From an uncultured delta proteobacterium (lineage in GTDB: Bacteria > Desulfobacterota > Syntrophorhabdia > Syntrophorhabdales > WCHB1-27): a stretch of DNA of 64,000 nt. The notes under the pieces are model-generated. The model searched no databases and was not told where the DNA came from. It saw nothing but the letters and a program-made list of their open reading frames with translations. Numbering within the stretch: the stretch's first letter is position 1; each line of letters begins with the position of its first letter. Made by a program: the position numbers and the translations under genes. This document shows, in pieces, positions 9,217 to 21,689 of the stretch. The stretch covers positions 288,001 through 352,000 of the forward strand of contig CAWEPK010000009.1 of NCBI GenBank assembly GCA_963810935.1, in the 5' to 3' direction.

Positions 9217-9921
9217 TTAAAGTGCCTTTACTGGAAATGGATGTTTTTGTGAGCAATACTGCCGATTGAAGGCAACGACCTTTTCAATCGTTTCCTGGCT
9301 CTTTCCGATAGCCACGAACATAACGTCCCGCCAACAAATTGCTGCCAAATGCACTTTCGTTAACCTCTTTCTTATCCGGGTTTCTATCCGAGTAAAGCAC
9401 GTGTCGGGCGCGATACGCTGAAAGTACTGAAAACCGGAAATAACCGACTCCGGTGATACTCGTTCCAGAATGTTATTGATATCCGAATACGAGACATGTC
9501 CCTCGTGGCTATCCCTTTCCGGCTCGAAACCGATATCTGGGTCAATAAAAAACACGTGATTTTCTTTGCTTGGAAGGCCGGAAAAATATGTTTCCCTGTC
9601 TTTGTTCGTAAAATACGTCCCCGGCTTATGTATCTTCACTTTATACGAGGCGGCCGTCACCATCGGCAATGCTTGAAGCAAGAAAAGATCCAGAATGGGA
9701 CAGGCACGTTTGATGCATCGCTCCCGCTGTAAATCACGGCAGAAATCAATGACGGGGCCCCTTGCGGGAAAGAGTGCGGGCCGTGTGTTGCCATTTCCGG
9801 TACCGTCGTCTGGGGTTAACATCGGTATGATGTACAGGGGGTATTGCAAGGCTGACGCAAGAAAGTCATGATAGTCCCATTTGAAACTGTCCTTCGAGTC
9901 CCCGAAATATTGCTTTTTCAT
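9217..9921 (-). CDS. Hypothetical protein (lower GC)
   Basis: ~234-aa ORF beginning MKKQYFGDSKD, contains FFIDPDIG; function unknown. Confidence 0.7.
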   Translation of the reverse strand: MKKQYFGDSKDSFKWDYHDFLASALQYPLYIIPMLTPDDGTGNGNTRPALFPARGPVIDFCRDLQRERCIKRACPILDLFLLQALPMVTAASYKVKIHKPGTYFTNKDRETYFSGLPSKENHVFFIDPDIGFEPERDSHEGHVSYSDINNILERVSPESVISGFQYFQRIAPDTCFTRIETRIRKRLTKVHLAAICWRDVMFVAIGKSQETIEKVVAFNRQYCSQKHPFPVKAL

Positions 9922-10141
9922 TTCTCTCACCCGTATAGTGGCAAAGCAGGCTGTTGTTCAGTCGATCAAACCGCCGCCCGTTGTCATCTTCTGGATAGAA
10001 TAGCATACGAGTTTTGTTCTTCGTGCAAAATATTTGTGAGGAGAATCAAAAAGGGAAGAACACAATAAGTGAAAAAGCGATGACGTTGCCCGCGCGACAG
10101 GTATATAATCTTACCAGTAAGAATTGAGGCAGAGGTGGGAA

Positions 10142-10405
10142 ATGGCAAACGTCGCAACGACAAGGATGTCCTCGAAGGGTCAAGTAGTGATCCCGGAGGA
10201 AATCAGGAAGCGCCTCAAATTAAAGAAAGGCACCCAGTTTGTAGTGGTATGTGATAAGGACGTGGTGATATTGAAAGCGATCTCTCCGCTATCCATTGAC
10301 GAGTTCACTGCTTTGATTGCCGAGTCGCACAGGAAGGCGAAGGAGGCAGGTATAAGGCGAAAGGACATTGAGGCTGCCGTCGTCAAGGTCCGGGGTCGTA
10401 AGTAA
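10142..10405 (+). CDS. AbrB/MazE/SpoVT-family DNA-binding protein (antitoxin-like)
   Basis: MSSKGQVVIPEEIRKRLKL signature; GAGGTGG RBS. Confidence 0.9.
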   Translation: MANVATTRMSSKGQVVIPEEIRKRLKLKKGTQFVVVCDKDVVILKAISPLSIDEFTALIAESHRKAKEAGIRRKDIEAAVVKVRGRK

Positions 10406-10423
10406 GAAATAGCGGCCTGGAGA

Positions 10424-10548
10424 GCGGCCGGAGAGATTTTCGATGATAGGCACCGTGACCGAGGAGCCGCCGCCCGGAGCGTACTCTTTGTGTACGCGAG
10501 GACTCGCGGCTTCGAGGGACAGGTGATAGCGCGAAAAGATCCCGGCCC
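10424..10548 (+). repeat. Palindromic dispersed repeat, copy B
   Basis: Starts GCGGCCGGAGAGATTTTCGATG (identical to copy A); core GGAGCGTAC-loop-GTACGCGAGGACTCGCG. Confidence 0.85.
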
Positions 10549-10636
10549 ATATCAACCAACCCCAACTTCGGGTAGACATGCCGGCCCTTCTTTGTTATGA
10601 TAGGGGCGCCGATGTCTGACCAATAAGGAGGGCCAT

Positions 10637-11803
10637 GTGAAAAAGGCAGGCCTTTTATTCTTGATGTTCGCAGCTATAGGGATACTGGTTGCCGGCTGCG
10701 GCGAAAAGAGCCCGACCACGGTAAGGGTGGGTGTTATAGCCGAGCTGACGGGCGACATGCCCGCCGTTGGCGAATCCTGCAAGAAGGCAGCCCAGCTCGC
10801 AGTAAAACAGATCAATGACGCGGGCGGGCTGAAGATAGGCGACAAGCAATACCAGGTCGAGCTTTTTGTCGAGGACAACGCAGGCAAGGCCGACCAGTCT
10901 GCCTCCGCAGCCCAGAAGCTCATCACGCAGAAAAAGGTTGTAGCCATAGTCGGCCCGAACGCGACGCGCTACGCCATACCCGCCTCGGAGATAGCGGAAA
11001 GCTCGAAAGTCGTCCTCATCACCCCGTGGTCCACGAACCCGAAAACCACCCTCGACGCAAAGACGGGCGCGCCCAAGAAGTACGTATTCCGGGCCTGCTT
11101 CATCGACCCCTTCCAGGGGAGGGTGCTCGCGCGCTTTGCGATGGACAACCTGAAGGCGCGCAAGGCGGCCGTCCTCTACGATGTTGCTTCCGACTACAAC
11201 AAGGGCATCGCGGAGGTTTTCAAAGAGACGTTCGAGAAGAACGGGGGCAAGGTAGTCGCCTTCGAGACCTATACGACGAACGACAGGGATTTCTCGGCAC
11301 AGCTCACCAAGATAAAGAAAGCGGACCCGGATGTCGTCTTCCTGCCCAATTACTACAGCGAAGTGCCCCTGCAAATCCAGCAGGCCAAGAGGCTTGGCTT
11401 CAAAGTGCCTTTCTTCGGCAGCGATTCATGGGGCAGCCAGGAGCTGACGAAGCTCTGCGGCAAAGACTGCGAGGGTTATTATTTCAGCACGCATTACGCG
11501 CCGGATACGGCCGCCCCTGCGGCGCTGAAATTTATCGAGGCGTATAAGGCGGCTTACGGCGGCATGCCGGATGACGTAGCCGCCCTTACCTACGACTCCT
11601 TCGGCCTTCTGAAGCAGGCAATACTGGACGCGGGCAAGATCGACCGGCAGGCCGTACGCGATAGCCTGGCCAAAGTCCAGAAATACGAAGGGGTGACGGG
11701 CGACATGCAATTTAAGGAAGGCTCGTCCGATCCGGTGAAAAGCGCCGTGATACTTAAGATAGTGGACGGGAAGTTTGTCTATTTTGCGAACGCTGGACCT
11801 TAG
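10637..11803 (+). CDS. livK: Branched-chain amino acid ABC transporter substrate-binding lipoprotein
   Basis: Lipobox LVAGC; YVFRACFIDPFQG, DFSAQLTKIK. Confidence 0.9.
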   Translation: MKKAGLLFLMFAAIGILVAGCGEKSPTTVRVGVIAELTGDMPAVGESCKKAAQLAVKQINDAGGLKIGDKQYQVELFVEDNAGKADQSASAAQKLITQKKVVAIVGPNATRYAIPASEIAESSKVVLITPWSTNPKTTLDAKTGAPKKYVFRACFIDPFQGRVLARFAMDNLKARKAAVLYDVASDYNKGIAEVFKETFEKNGGKVVAFETYTTNDRDFSAQLTKIKKADPDVVFLPNYYSEVPLQIQQAKRLGFKVPFFGSDSWGSQELTKLCGKDCEGYYFSTHYAPDTAAPAALKFIEAYKAAYGGMPDDVAALTYDSFGLLKQAILDAGKIDRQAVRDSLAKVQKYEGVTGDMQFKEGSSDPVKSAVILKIVDGKFVYFANAGP

Positions 11804-11887
11804 TAAACCGGCCGGGTGGACACGCCCGGCCGCGCAAAAGTTTGCGGCAGGGAGCCGACCGCTTCTCGCAGCGCAGGTTATTTTCGC

Positions 11888-12763
11888 ATGAGCTACCTCC
11901 TGCAACAGATACTGAACGCCCTCCAGCTCGGGAGCATCTATGCACTTATTGCCCTGGGCTACACGATGGTCTATGGCATCCTCACAATGATCAACTTCGC
12001 CCACGGCGATCTGTTCATGGTGGGCGCTTTCATCTGCTTCCTCTCGGTGCTCCTTTTCAATCTGCCTTTCATCGCCGTCCTTGTCGTCTCCATGCTCGGG
12101 ACAGCGGTCCTCGGAGTCACGATAGAACGGCTCGCATACAAGCCGCTGCGCCAGGCCCCGAGGGTTTCGGCGATCATCACTGCGCTCGGCGTCGGCCTCT
12201 TCCTGGAAAATTTCACCCTTGCCCTCAGCCCGTATCCCAAGCACATCCCGGCGTTCATCCCCAACATCGCCTGGACTTTCGGGGACGTGTCGATCTCGCT
12301 TTTGCAGGTCGTCGTTATCGCCATTTCCCTCGTGCTCATGATCATCCTCGATTTGATCGTAAGGCGGACGATGGTCGGCATGGCGATGAGGGCCATCTCG
12401 TGGGACAAGACAGTCGCCCCTCTGATGGGCGTACCCGTCGATTCGGTCATTTCGATAACCTTCGCCATAGGGACAAGCCTGGGGGGCGTTGCGGGAGTCC
12501 TGTACGCCCTATGCTACCCGGTAATCGACCCTTACATGGGCATAATGGTGGGCTGGAAGGCGTTCATCTCTGCAGTCGTCGGCGGCATCGGCAATATCCG
12601 CGGCGCTATGATAGGCGGCTACATCCTGGGTGCGGTGGAGATCCTCGTAGTGGCTTTTCTGCCCTCTACCTACAGGGACCTCGTGGCGTTCGGGCTGCTT
12701 CTCGGGCTCCTGATCCTGCGGCCCCACGGCATCCTCGGCAAGGCAACGGTGCAGAAGGTATAG
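11888..12763 (+). CDS. livH: BCAA ABC permease LivH
   Basis: GSIYALIALGYTMVYG, INFAHG, GGIGNIRGA. Confidence 0.92.
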   Translation: MSYLLQQILNALQLGSIYALIALGYTMVYGILTMINFAHGDLFMVGAFICFLSVLLFNLPFIAVLVVSMLGTAVLGVTIERLAYKPLRQAPRVSAIITALGVGLFLENFTLALSPYPKHIPAFIPNIAWTFGDVSISLLQVVVIAISLVLMIILDLIVRRTMVGMAMRAISWDKTVAPLMGVPVDSVISITFAIGTSLGGVAGVLYALCYPVIDPYMGIMVGWKAFISAVVGGIGNIRGAMIGGYILGAVEILVVAFLPSTYRDLVAFGLLLGLLILRPHGILGKATVQKV

Positions 12764-12764
12764 C

Positions 12765-13802
12765 ATGGCGCGCCCGTTCAAAGACAGCCGGCTTATGTCC
12801 TTTCTCCACTCCCTTTTGGCTAAGCGATGGCTGAGGCAGGCGCTGCTTGCGGCCGGTTTCGCGCTCTCGTTTATCATTCCGGCTACGGACCTCCTCGACC
12901 AATACGTCCAGCTCGTCCTGATGTACATCGGCATCAACATCATCTTAAGCGTGAGCCTGAACCTCGTGAACGGGTACATGGGCGAATTTTCCGTGGGCCA
13001 CGCAGGCTTCATGGCGATAGGGGCCTATATCGCCTCGGTCGTATCCGTGCGCGTCTTCCCCGCCGCTGCGGCAGCCTGGCTCTTTCCGGCAGCGGTGATT
13101 GCAGGGGGGCTTGCCGCGGGCCTGGCAGGGCTTCTGGTCGCCTTCCCTTCTTTCAAGACCAGGGGCGACTACCTTGCCATCGTCACCCTTGCCTTCGGCA
13201 TGATCGTCAAGTCCGCCATCGAGAACATAAGCGCCCTCGGCGGCCCGCGCGGCTTCCTCGGCATGGACAGGCTTACGACTCTGCCCTGGGTCTTTTTCTG
13301 GACGGTCCTTTCCCTCTGGTTCATCCGCAATCTCGTTTATTCGCGCTTCGGGAGAGGCATCCTCTCGATCAGGGAGGACGAGATCGCCGCCGAGCTATCG
13401 GGCATAGACACGCGCCGCGTGAAGATGCTCGCCTTTGTGGTCTCGTCGTTCTTTGCCGGCATAGCGGGGGCCCTCTTCGCCCATCTCCTCCAGTTCATCA
13501 ACCCAAGGGTCTTCGATATCGTCAAATCGACCGATATCCTGATCATGGTCTACCTGGGCGGCATAGGCTCCCTCGGCGGCTCAATCGTCGGCGCAGTCAT
13601 CTACACGGTGCTCCTCGAGTTCCTGCGCCCCTTAGGCGTCTGGCGGATGGTCTTGATGCCCCTCGTGCTCGTGCTGCTCATGCTTTACAAGCCGAAGGGC
13701 ATCATGGGCCTGCGTGAGTTCTCCTGGCTCGTGCCGGGGGCCGGGCTTATCGCTTCCCGGTCCGGCCGTAAGAAAAAGGGGGCGGTCGATGTCGCTCCTT
13801 GA
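12765..13802 (+). CDS. livM: BCAA ABC permease LivM
   Basis: SLNLVNGYMGEFSVGHAGF, RGDYLAIVTLAF, IREDEIAA. Confidence 0.92.
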   Translation: MARPFKDSRLMSFLHSLLAKRWLRQALLAAGFALSFIIPATDLLDQYVQLVLMYIGINIILSVSLNLVNGYMGEFSVGHAGFMAIGAYIASVVSVRVFPAAAAAWLFPAAVIAGGLAAGLAGLLVAFPSFKTRGDYLAIVTLAFGMIVKSAIENISALGGPRGFLGMDRLTTLPWVFFWTVLSLWFIRNLVYSRFGRGILSIREDEIAAELSGIDTRRVKMLAFVVSSFFAGIAGALFAHLLQFINPRVFDIVKSTDILIMVYLGGIGSLGGSIVGAVIYTVLLEFLRPLGVWRMVLMPLVLVLLMLYKPKGIMGLREFSWLVPGAGLIASRSGRKKKGAVDVAP

Positions 13803-14556
13803 GATAAAGGACCTCACCCAGCGCTTCGGCGGCCTTACCGCGCTGTCGGATTTCAGCCTGAACCTGGAGAGGGATGAGCTGGCCGGGATCATCGGGCCGA
13901 ACGGCGCGGGCAAAACAACGGTCTTCAACCTTATCACGGGCGTTTACCGCCCGACGCGGGGAAGCATCGCGATCGACGGAAAAAGGATCGACGGGCAGAG
14001 GCCGAACCGGATCACATCCATGGGCATTGCAAGGACCTTTCAGAATATCAGGCTTTTCAAGGAACTTTCCGTTCTGGACAACGTGAGGTGCGCCCAATAC
14101 GGGCACGCAGCCTGCGGGGTCCTCTCGTCCCTTTTCAGGCTCCAACGCTTCAGGAAGGAAGAGGCGGCAATAATCGACGCCTCTATGGAGCTTTTGGGCC
14201 TCTTCCAGCTCGACGAGTACGCGCAGGAGGCGGCCAGGAACCTGCCCTACGGCCTTCAGCGGCGGCTGGAGATAGCGAGGGCGCTGGCCACGCGCCCGAG
14301 ACTGCTGCTCCTCGACGAGCCCGCGGCCGGGATGAACCCGACGGAGATAACGCGGCTCATGGAGCTGATAGGCTGGGTCAGAAAGGCATTCGACGTCACG
14401 ATCCTGCTCATCGAGCACCAGATGCAGCTCGTCATGAATATCTGCGAACGCCTTACGGTGCTCGACTTCGGCGCCACCATCGCGGAAGGCTCACCCACCG
14501 AGGTGCGCGCTGACAAGCGCGTGCTGACTGCCTATCTGGGGGAGGAAGAGGCGTGA
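13789..14556 (+). CDS. livG: BCAA ABC ATPase LivG
   Basis: GPNGAGKT, RTFQNIRLF, LLLDEPAAGMN. Confidence 0.93.
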   Translation: MSLLEIKDLTQRFGGLTALSDFSLNLERDELAGIIGPNGAGKTTVFNLITGVYRPTRGSIAIDGKRIDGQRPNRITSMGIARTFQNIRLFKELSVLDNVRCAQYGHAACGVLSSLFRLQRFRKEEAAIIDASMELLGLFQLDEYAQEAARNLPYGLQRRLEIARALATRPRLLLLDEPAAGMNPTEITRLMELIGWVRKAFDVTILLIEHQMQLVMNICERLTVLDFGATIAEGSPTEVRADKRVLTAYLGEEEA

Positions 14557-15266
14557 GCGATAAGGTCCTGCTCGCAGTCAGAGACCTGGAGGTGACGTAC
14601 GGAAGCATCAAGGCGGTAAAGGGCGTCTCGTTCGATGTAAGGGAAGGCGAGATCGTCGCGCTGGTCGGCTCGAACGGCGCGGGCAAATCATCGACCCTGC
14701 GCGCAATCTCCGGCATGGTGCCTTACAAGGGCAGCGTCCTGTACGATGGCAAGGAGCTGCGCGGCGCAGCCTGCCACCGCATCGCTTCCATGGGCATCGC
14801 CCACGTGCCGGAAGGGCGTGGCATCTTCGGAAACCTCACGGTGCAGGAGAACCTTAAGCTCGCCACGTGGCACCGGAAGGAAAGGCGTGAGATAGAGAAG
14901 GACTATAAGCGCGTGTTCGACCTCTTCCCCGTGCTTCAAAAGCGAAAGAAGCAGTCCGGCCAGACGCTGTCGGGCGGCGAGCAACAGATGCTGGCGCTTG
15001 GCAGGGCGCTCATGGGGCGCGGGCGCCTGATGCTCCTCGACGAGCCTTCGATGGGCCTTGCCCCCGTTCTCGTCAGGGACATATTTTCCGTGCTTAAGGA
15101 GATCAACCGGGCGGGCGGGACGATCCTGCTCGTCGAGCAAAATGCGCACATGTCGCTCAAGGCCGCGTCCTTCGGCCACGTGCTGGAGACCGGCAGCGTC
15201 ACCCTTTCGGGCCCGGGGGAGGCGCTGCTTGCAGACCCGCAGATCCGCGCGGCCTACCTGGGATAG
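14553..15266 (+). CDS. livF: BCAA ABC ATPase LivF
   Basis: GSNGAGKS, VPEGRGIF, LSGGEQQML, LDEPSMGLAP. Confidence 0.93.
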   Translation: MSDKVLLAVRDLEVTYGSIKAVKGVSFDVREGEIVALVGSNGAGKSSTLRAISGMVPYKGSVLYDGKELRGAACHRIASMGIAHVPEGRGIFGNLTVQENLKLATWHRKERREIEKDYKRVFDLFPVLQKRKKQSGQTLSGGEQQMLALGRALMGRGRLMLLDEPSMGLAPVLVRDIFSVLKEINRAGGTILLVEQNAHMSLKAASFGHVLETGSVTLSGPGEALLADPQIRAAYLG

Positions 15267-15308
15267 GGGTCCGTACACTATGCAAAATTACCGAAAAGCG
15301 GAAGGTTC

Positions 15309-16478
15309 ATGAGAATACGCTCCCTGGCTATTGTCTCGATTGCCCACGGGTCTGCCGACATTCCGCAGGGGGCCATACCCGTCCTGCTCCCGTTCTTCAT
15401 CGCTGCGCACCACCTTAGCTACACGGCTGCCGCAACCATCGTCTTCGCGGTGAGCCTCGTAGCGTCCGGCTTTCAGCCCGTCTTTGGCTGGATGAGCGAC
15501 CGGCGGCCGATGCCCTGGTTGATACCTGTTTCAATGCTGCTTTTGGGCGTCGGCGTAGCAAGCACCGGAATCCTTCCGACATACGGGCTGGGGGTCGCGG
15601 CGGTGATGTTGAGCGGTCTCGGCAGCGCCATGTTCCATCCGGAAAGCGCCAAGGTAATGCTGCACCTTGCGCAGGGCAGGAAGGCAACGGCGATGAGCTT
15701 GTTCGGTATGGGCGGTCAGGCCGGTTTTGCGGTGGGTCCCATCCTTGCCACCGTCCTGCTTCTCGCGTGGGGCCTTAAGGGCACGGTATGGCTTATAGTG
15801 CCGCCCGTTCTCGTCGCAGCCATTCTGGCCTTTAAGCTGCCTGACTATACGAAGGGCTATTCAGCGCACAAAAAACTGCCGGCCGGCACATTCGGCGCTC
15901 AAGTGCCCGACCAATGGCCGCCGTTTGTCTGTCTCTCCAGCGGCCTGCTCATACGGTCGATAATCTTTTACGGGCTGAATACCTTTCTCCCGCTCTTTTG
16001 GATCAATGTCCTGCATGCCTCGAAGGTGACTGCGGGCTCCAGCCTGGCGGCTTTTCTCACTGCATGTATAGTGGGTAATTTCGCAGGCGGCTGGATGGCA
16101 GACCGCCTCGGCTACAAGATGATGGCTGTCGGCGGCTGTCTTCTCCTCGCGGTCCTTCTTCCGTTCCTGCCCATGGCGTCGACCCCGCTCACTGCTACGT
16201 TGCTTCTCGTGCTTATCGGCCTCGTCCTCTCGGTCCCCTTAAGCGCCATGGTTGTGCTCGGCCAGTCCTACCTGCCTAACAGGCTGGGACTCGCCTCCGG
16301 GATTACCCTGGGCCTGGGCTTTTCATTCGGAGGGCTGACCACGCCTGCCATCGGACGGGTAGCCGATGTTTACGGCCTCCGCGCAGCACTCATGGTGCTC
16401 GCTTTCCTGCCGGTCGCGATGACTCTGCTTATGCTGGCGCTGCCTTCAGAGAAAAGAAAAGAAGCGATGGCGCTGTAA
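15309..16478 (+). CDS. MFS transporter, Fsr-like (second paralog)
   Basis: QPVFGWMSD, FHPES motifs; multi-TM. Confidence 0.85.
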   Translation: MRIRSLAIVSIAHGSADIPQGAIPVLLPFFIAAHHLSYTAAATIVFAVSLVASGFQPVFGWMSDRRPMPWLIPVSMLLLGVGVASTGILPTYGLGVAAVMLSGLGSAMFHPESAKVMLHLAQGRKATAMSLFGMGGQAGFAVGPILATVLLLAWGLKGTVWLIVPPVLVAAILAFKLPDYTKGYSAHKKLPAGTFGAQVPDQWPPFVCLSSGLLIRSIIFYGLNTFLPLFWINVLHASKVTAGSSLAAFLTACIVGNFAGGWMADRLGYKMMAVGGCLLLAVLLPFLPMASTPLTATLLLVLIGLVLSVPLSAMVVLGQSYLPNRLGLASGITLGLGFSFGGLTTPAIGRVADVYGLRAALMVLAFLPVAMTLLMLALPSEKRKEAMAL

Positions 16479-16490
16479 ACCCTGAGCCTG

Positions 16491-16997
16491 TCAGTAGACC
16501 GCAAGCACCTGGGCATGGAACCTGCGCGCTATACGCATTGCGATGCGCTGCAACGCCGCCCTTCTGTTCGGGTCCTCCAGGTTGATGCTGCTTGCGTCGT
16601 ATACCTCGCCGTCGCCGAACGACCACGTCTTCAAAAGCTTGCCCTGCTTCCCCCGCAAAGTAAGGACGACAATCGCTGTGACGGATTTCTGGACGGTCTG
16701 GGCGGTCGCGCCGATAGCGCCAGGCGCTGTGGCCACAGTGTTGATGGTCCCCTGAAGGGTAGCATCCGCGTCAGGCTTGTTTATCTGAAACAGGCCGCTT
16801 CCGGCCAGCTCCTGGGAAAACGCCTGCGTGAAGAGGCCGGACACCATCGGCTCGAAGCTGTTGTTCTTAAAAACGGGGACGTATATGGAGGTGATATCCC
16901 CTCCATAAATGCCTTTTTCCTTGACAAGCTCGTAGCCGCAGCCACTCACCAGGACCGCGCAGATGAGAAGCGCGCAAATCGGAAGGAGTCTCTTCAT
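16491..16997 (-). CDS. lptE: LPS assembly lipoprotein LptE-like
   Basis: Lipobox VSGCGY; directly downstream of leuS (conserved context). Confidence 0.75.
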   Translation of the reverse strand: MKRLLPICALLICAVLVSGCGYELVKEKGIYGGDITSIYVPVFKNNSFEPMVSGLFTQAFSQELAGSGLFQINKPDADATLQGTINTVATAPGAIGATAQTVQKSVTAIVVLTLRGKQGKLLKTWSFGDGEVYDASSINLEDPNRRAALQRIAMRIARRFHAQVLAVY

Positions 16998-17007
16998 ATG
17001 CCCCTCA

Positions 17008-19497
<2,490 letters not shown>

Positions 19498-19505
19498 TTC
19501 TTGCC

Positions 19506-20708
19506 TTATTCTCCCTTCTGCATCGCCCTTATGCGCAGCCGGAGGGCATTGAGCTTGATGAAGCCGGTCGCGTCCCCCTGGTTGTAAACGGAGTCTTTGT
19601 CGAAGGTAGCGAAATCCTGGCTGTACAACGATTTTTCCGATTTCCTCCCTACGACTATCGTATTGCCCTTGTACAGCTTTAGGCGGACGGTCCCGGTTAC
19701 GCCTTCCTGCGTCTTATCGATAAAGGCCCGCATGGCTTCCATCTCCGGCGAATACCAGAAGCCATAGTATATCAGCTCCGATACCTTCGTGATGAGGCTG
19801 TCCCGTAAGTGCATGACCTCGCGGTCCATAGTGATCGTCTCTATGGCGCGGTGGGCCGTGTGGAGTATCGTGCAGCCCGGCGTCTCATAGACACCGCGCG
19901 ACTTCATGCCGACGAACCTGTTCTCGACGATGTCCACCCTGCCTATGCCGTTCTCGCCTGCCACCTTGTTGAGCAGCCCTATGACCTCGTGGGCCTTCAT
20001 CGCCTTGCCGTCGATGCTCGTCGCCGCCCCGTCCGTAAAGCCTATCTCGACGTAGCGCGGCTTGTCGGGCGCCTTCTCGGGGGAGACGGTCAGTATGAAC
20101 ATCGACTCGTCGGGCTCGTTCCACGGGTCTTCGAGCACCCCTCCCTCGTAGCTTATGTGCATCAGGTTCCTGTCCATGCTGTAAGGCTTGGCCTTGTTGA
20201 CCGGCACGTCGATGCCGTGCTTCCTGGCGTAATCCATCAGCTCTTCCCTCGAAGAGAATGACCAGTCCCGCCACGGCGCGATGACCTTGATATGCGGGGC
20301 CAGGGCATAATACGTCAGCTCGAAGCGCACCTGGTCGTTCCCCTTGCCCGTTGAGCCGTGGCAGACCGCGTCTGCGTTCTCCTTCTTGGCGATCTCCACG
20401 TGCCTTTTCGCTATCAGCGGCCTAGCGATGGAAGTGCCGAGCATGTAGCAGCCTTCGTAAATTGCGTTTGCCTTGATCGCAAAATAGACGAAATCCCTCG
20501 CGAACTCTTCCCTCAGGTCGTCGATGTAAATCTTCGATGCCCCGGTCTTTATCGCTTTTTCCTCGAGGCCCGACAACTCCTCTTCCTGCCCTACGTCGGC
20601 GGTATACGCGATGACCTCGCACCCGTACTGCTCGCGCAGCCACTTCACGAGTATCGACGTATCGAGACCGCCCGAATAAGCGAGTACGACCTTGTTGATC
20701 TTATCCAT
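19506..20708 (-). CDS. argG: Argininosuccinate synthase
   Basis: [29 protein letters not shown]. Confidence 0.97.
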   Translation of the reverse strand: MDKINKVVLAYSGGLDTSILVKWLREQYGCEVIAYTADVGQEEELSGLEEKAIKTGASKIYIDDLREEFARDFVYFAIKANAIYEGCYMLGTSIARPLIAKRHVEIAKKENADAVCHGSTGKGNDQVRFELTYYALAPHIKVIAPWRDWSFSSREELMDYARKHGIDVPVNKAKPYSMDRNLMHISYEGGVLEDPWNEPDESMFILTVSPEKAPDKPRYVEIGFTDGAATSIDGKAMKAHEVIGLLNKVAGENGIGRVDIVENRFVGMKSRGVYETPGCTILHTAHRAIETITMDREVMHLRDSLITKVSELIYYGFWYSPEMEAMRAFIDKTQEGVTGTVRLKLYKGNTIVVGRKSEKSLYSQDFATFDKDSVYNQGDATGFIKLNALRLRIRAMQKGE

Positions 20709-20777
20709 TAATCTCCTCCAGAAAAAAGCAATTGCCGAAACGGCCCGCAACGCGGTCGCTCCGGCCTATTTCGCTCG

Positions 20778-21689
20778 CTACTCTGCCGACATCAACCATT
20801 CCAGGAGCGCCTTCTGCGCGTGCAGGCGGTTTTCCGCCTGCGTGAAGATCGCGTCCTGGAACCGCTCGAAAACCTCGTCCGTTATCTCCTGCCCTCTGTG
20901 GGCAGGCAGGCAATGCAGGACTATGGCGTCCGGCTTCGCCGCTTTCATCAGGGCGCTGTCCACGCGGAACGGGGAAAAGGCTCTTTCCCGCCCCTCCGCC
21001 TCGGCCTCCATGCCCATACTGATCCAGACGTCCGTATTCACCACGTCCGCATCGCGGACGGCCTCATAGGGGTCGGCGTAAAGGGTAAGCGTACCCTTTT
21101 CCTTCGCCTGCCGCACCAGCGGCTCATGCGGGCCGTAAGCAGGCGGCACTGCCAGGGCCAGGGGGAAGCCGAAGAGAATGGACGCCTCTATCCAGGAATT
21201 GGCGACGTTGTTGCCGTCGCCCACCCACGCAACCTTCACGTCTTCCAGCCTGCCCTTGTATTCAAGGACCGTGAGAAGGTCCGCGAGTATCTGGCACGGA
21301 TGGTAAAGGTCCGACAGCCCGTTGATGACGGGGACCGTGCACCATTTGGCAAGCTCTTCCACCGTCTCCTGGCCGAAGGTCCGTATCATCACCCCGTGCA
21401 CGTACCTGGACAGGACCCTCGCCGTATCCCGGACGGGCTCGCCCCTGCCCATCTGCGTATTGGCCTGGGAGAGGAATATGGCCTGGCCGCCCAGCTCGCC
21501 CATCCCTACTTCAAAGGAGATACGCGTCCTGGTCGACGCCTTCTCGAAGATCATCGCCAGGGTCATGCCCTTAAGCGGCGCATGCTCCTTGCGGGCCAGG
21601 CGCAGCTCCTTGAGGAAGCGGGCGCGGTCTAAAAGATGTCTGCACTCCTCAGCCGTTATGTCGAGGAGCCTCTTGAAGTCCCTTTTCAT
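20778..21689 (-). CDS. argF: Ornithine carbamoyltransferase
   Basis: STRTR, HPCQ, WISMG, HCLP. Confidence 0.96.
   Translation of the reverse strand: MKRDFKRLLDITAEECRHLLDRARFLKELRLARKEHAPLKGMTLAMIFEKASTRTRISFEVGMGELGGQAIFLSQANTQMGRGEPVRDTARVLSRYVHGVMIRTFGQETVEELAKWCTVPVINGLSDLYHPCQILADLLTVLEYKGRLEDVKVAWVGDGNNVANSWIEASILFGFPLALAVPPAYGPHEPLVRQAKEKGTLTLYADPYEAVRDADVVNTDVWISMGMEAEAEGRERAFSPFRVDSALMKAAKPDAIVLHCLPAHRGQEITDEVFERFQDAIFTQAENRLHAQKALLEWLMSAE

Noticed and set aside
9064..10548. CRISPR array or canonical integron attC array
   Set aside because: Repeats are ~127 bp, few, dispersed and inverted; no cas genes or integron integrase; no clear RYYYAAC/GTTRRRY ends.
11842..13717. Long alternative-frame or antisense ORFs (e.g. 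11842-12834, 17074-18357, 44220-45470, 48853-50211)
   Set aside because: They shadow well-supported genes and have no recognisable motifs; expected at high GC with biased codon usage.
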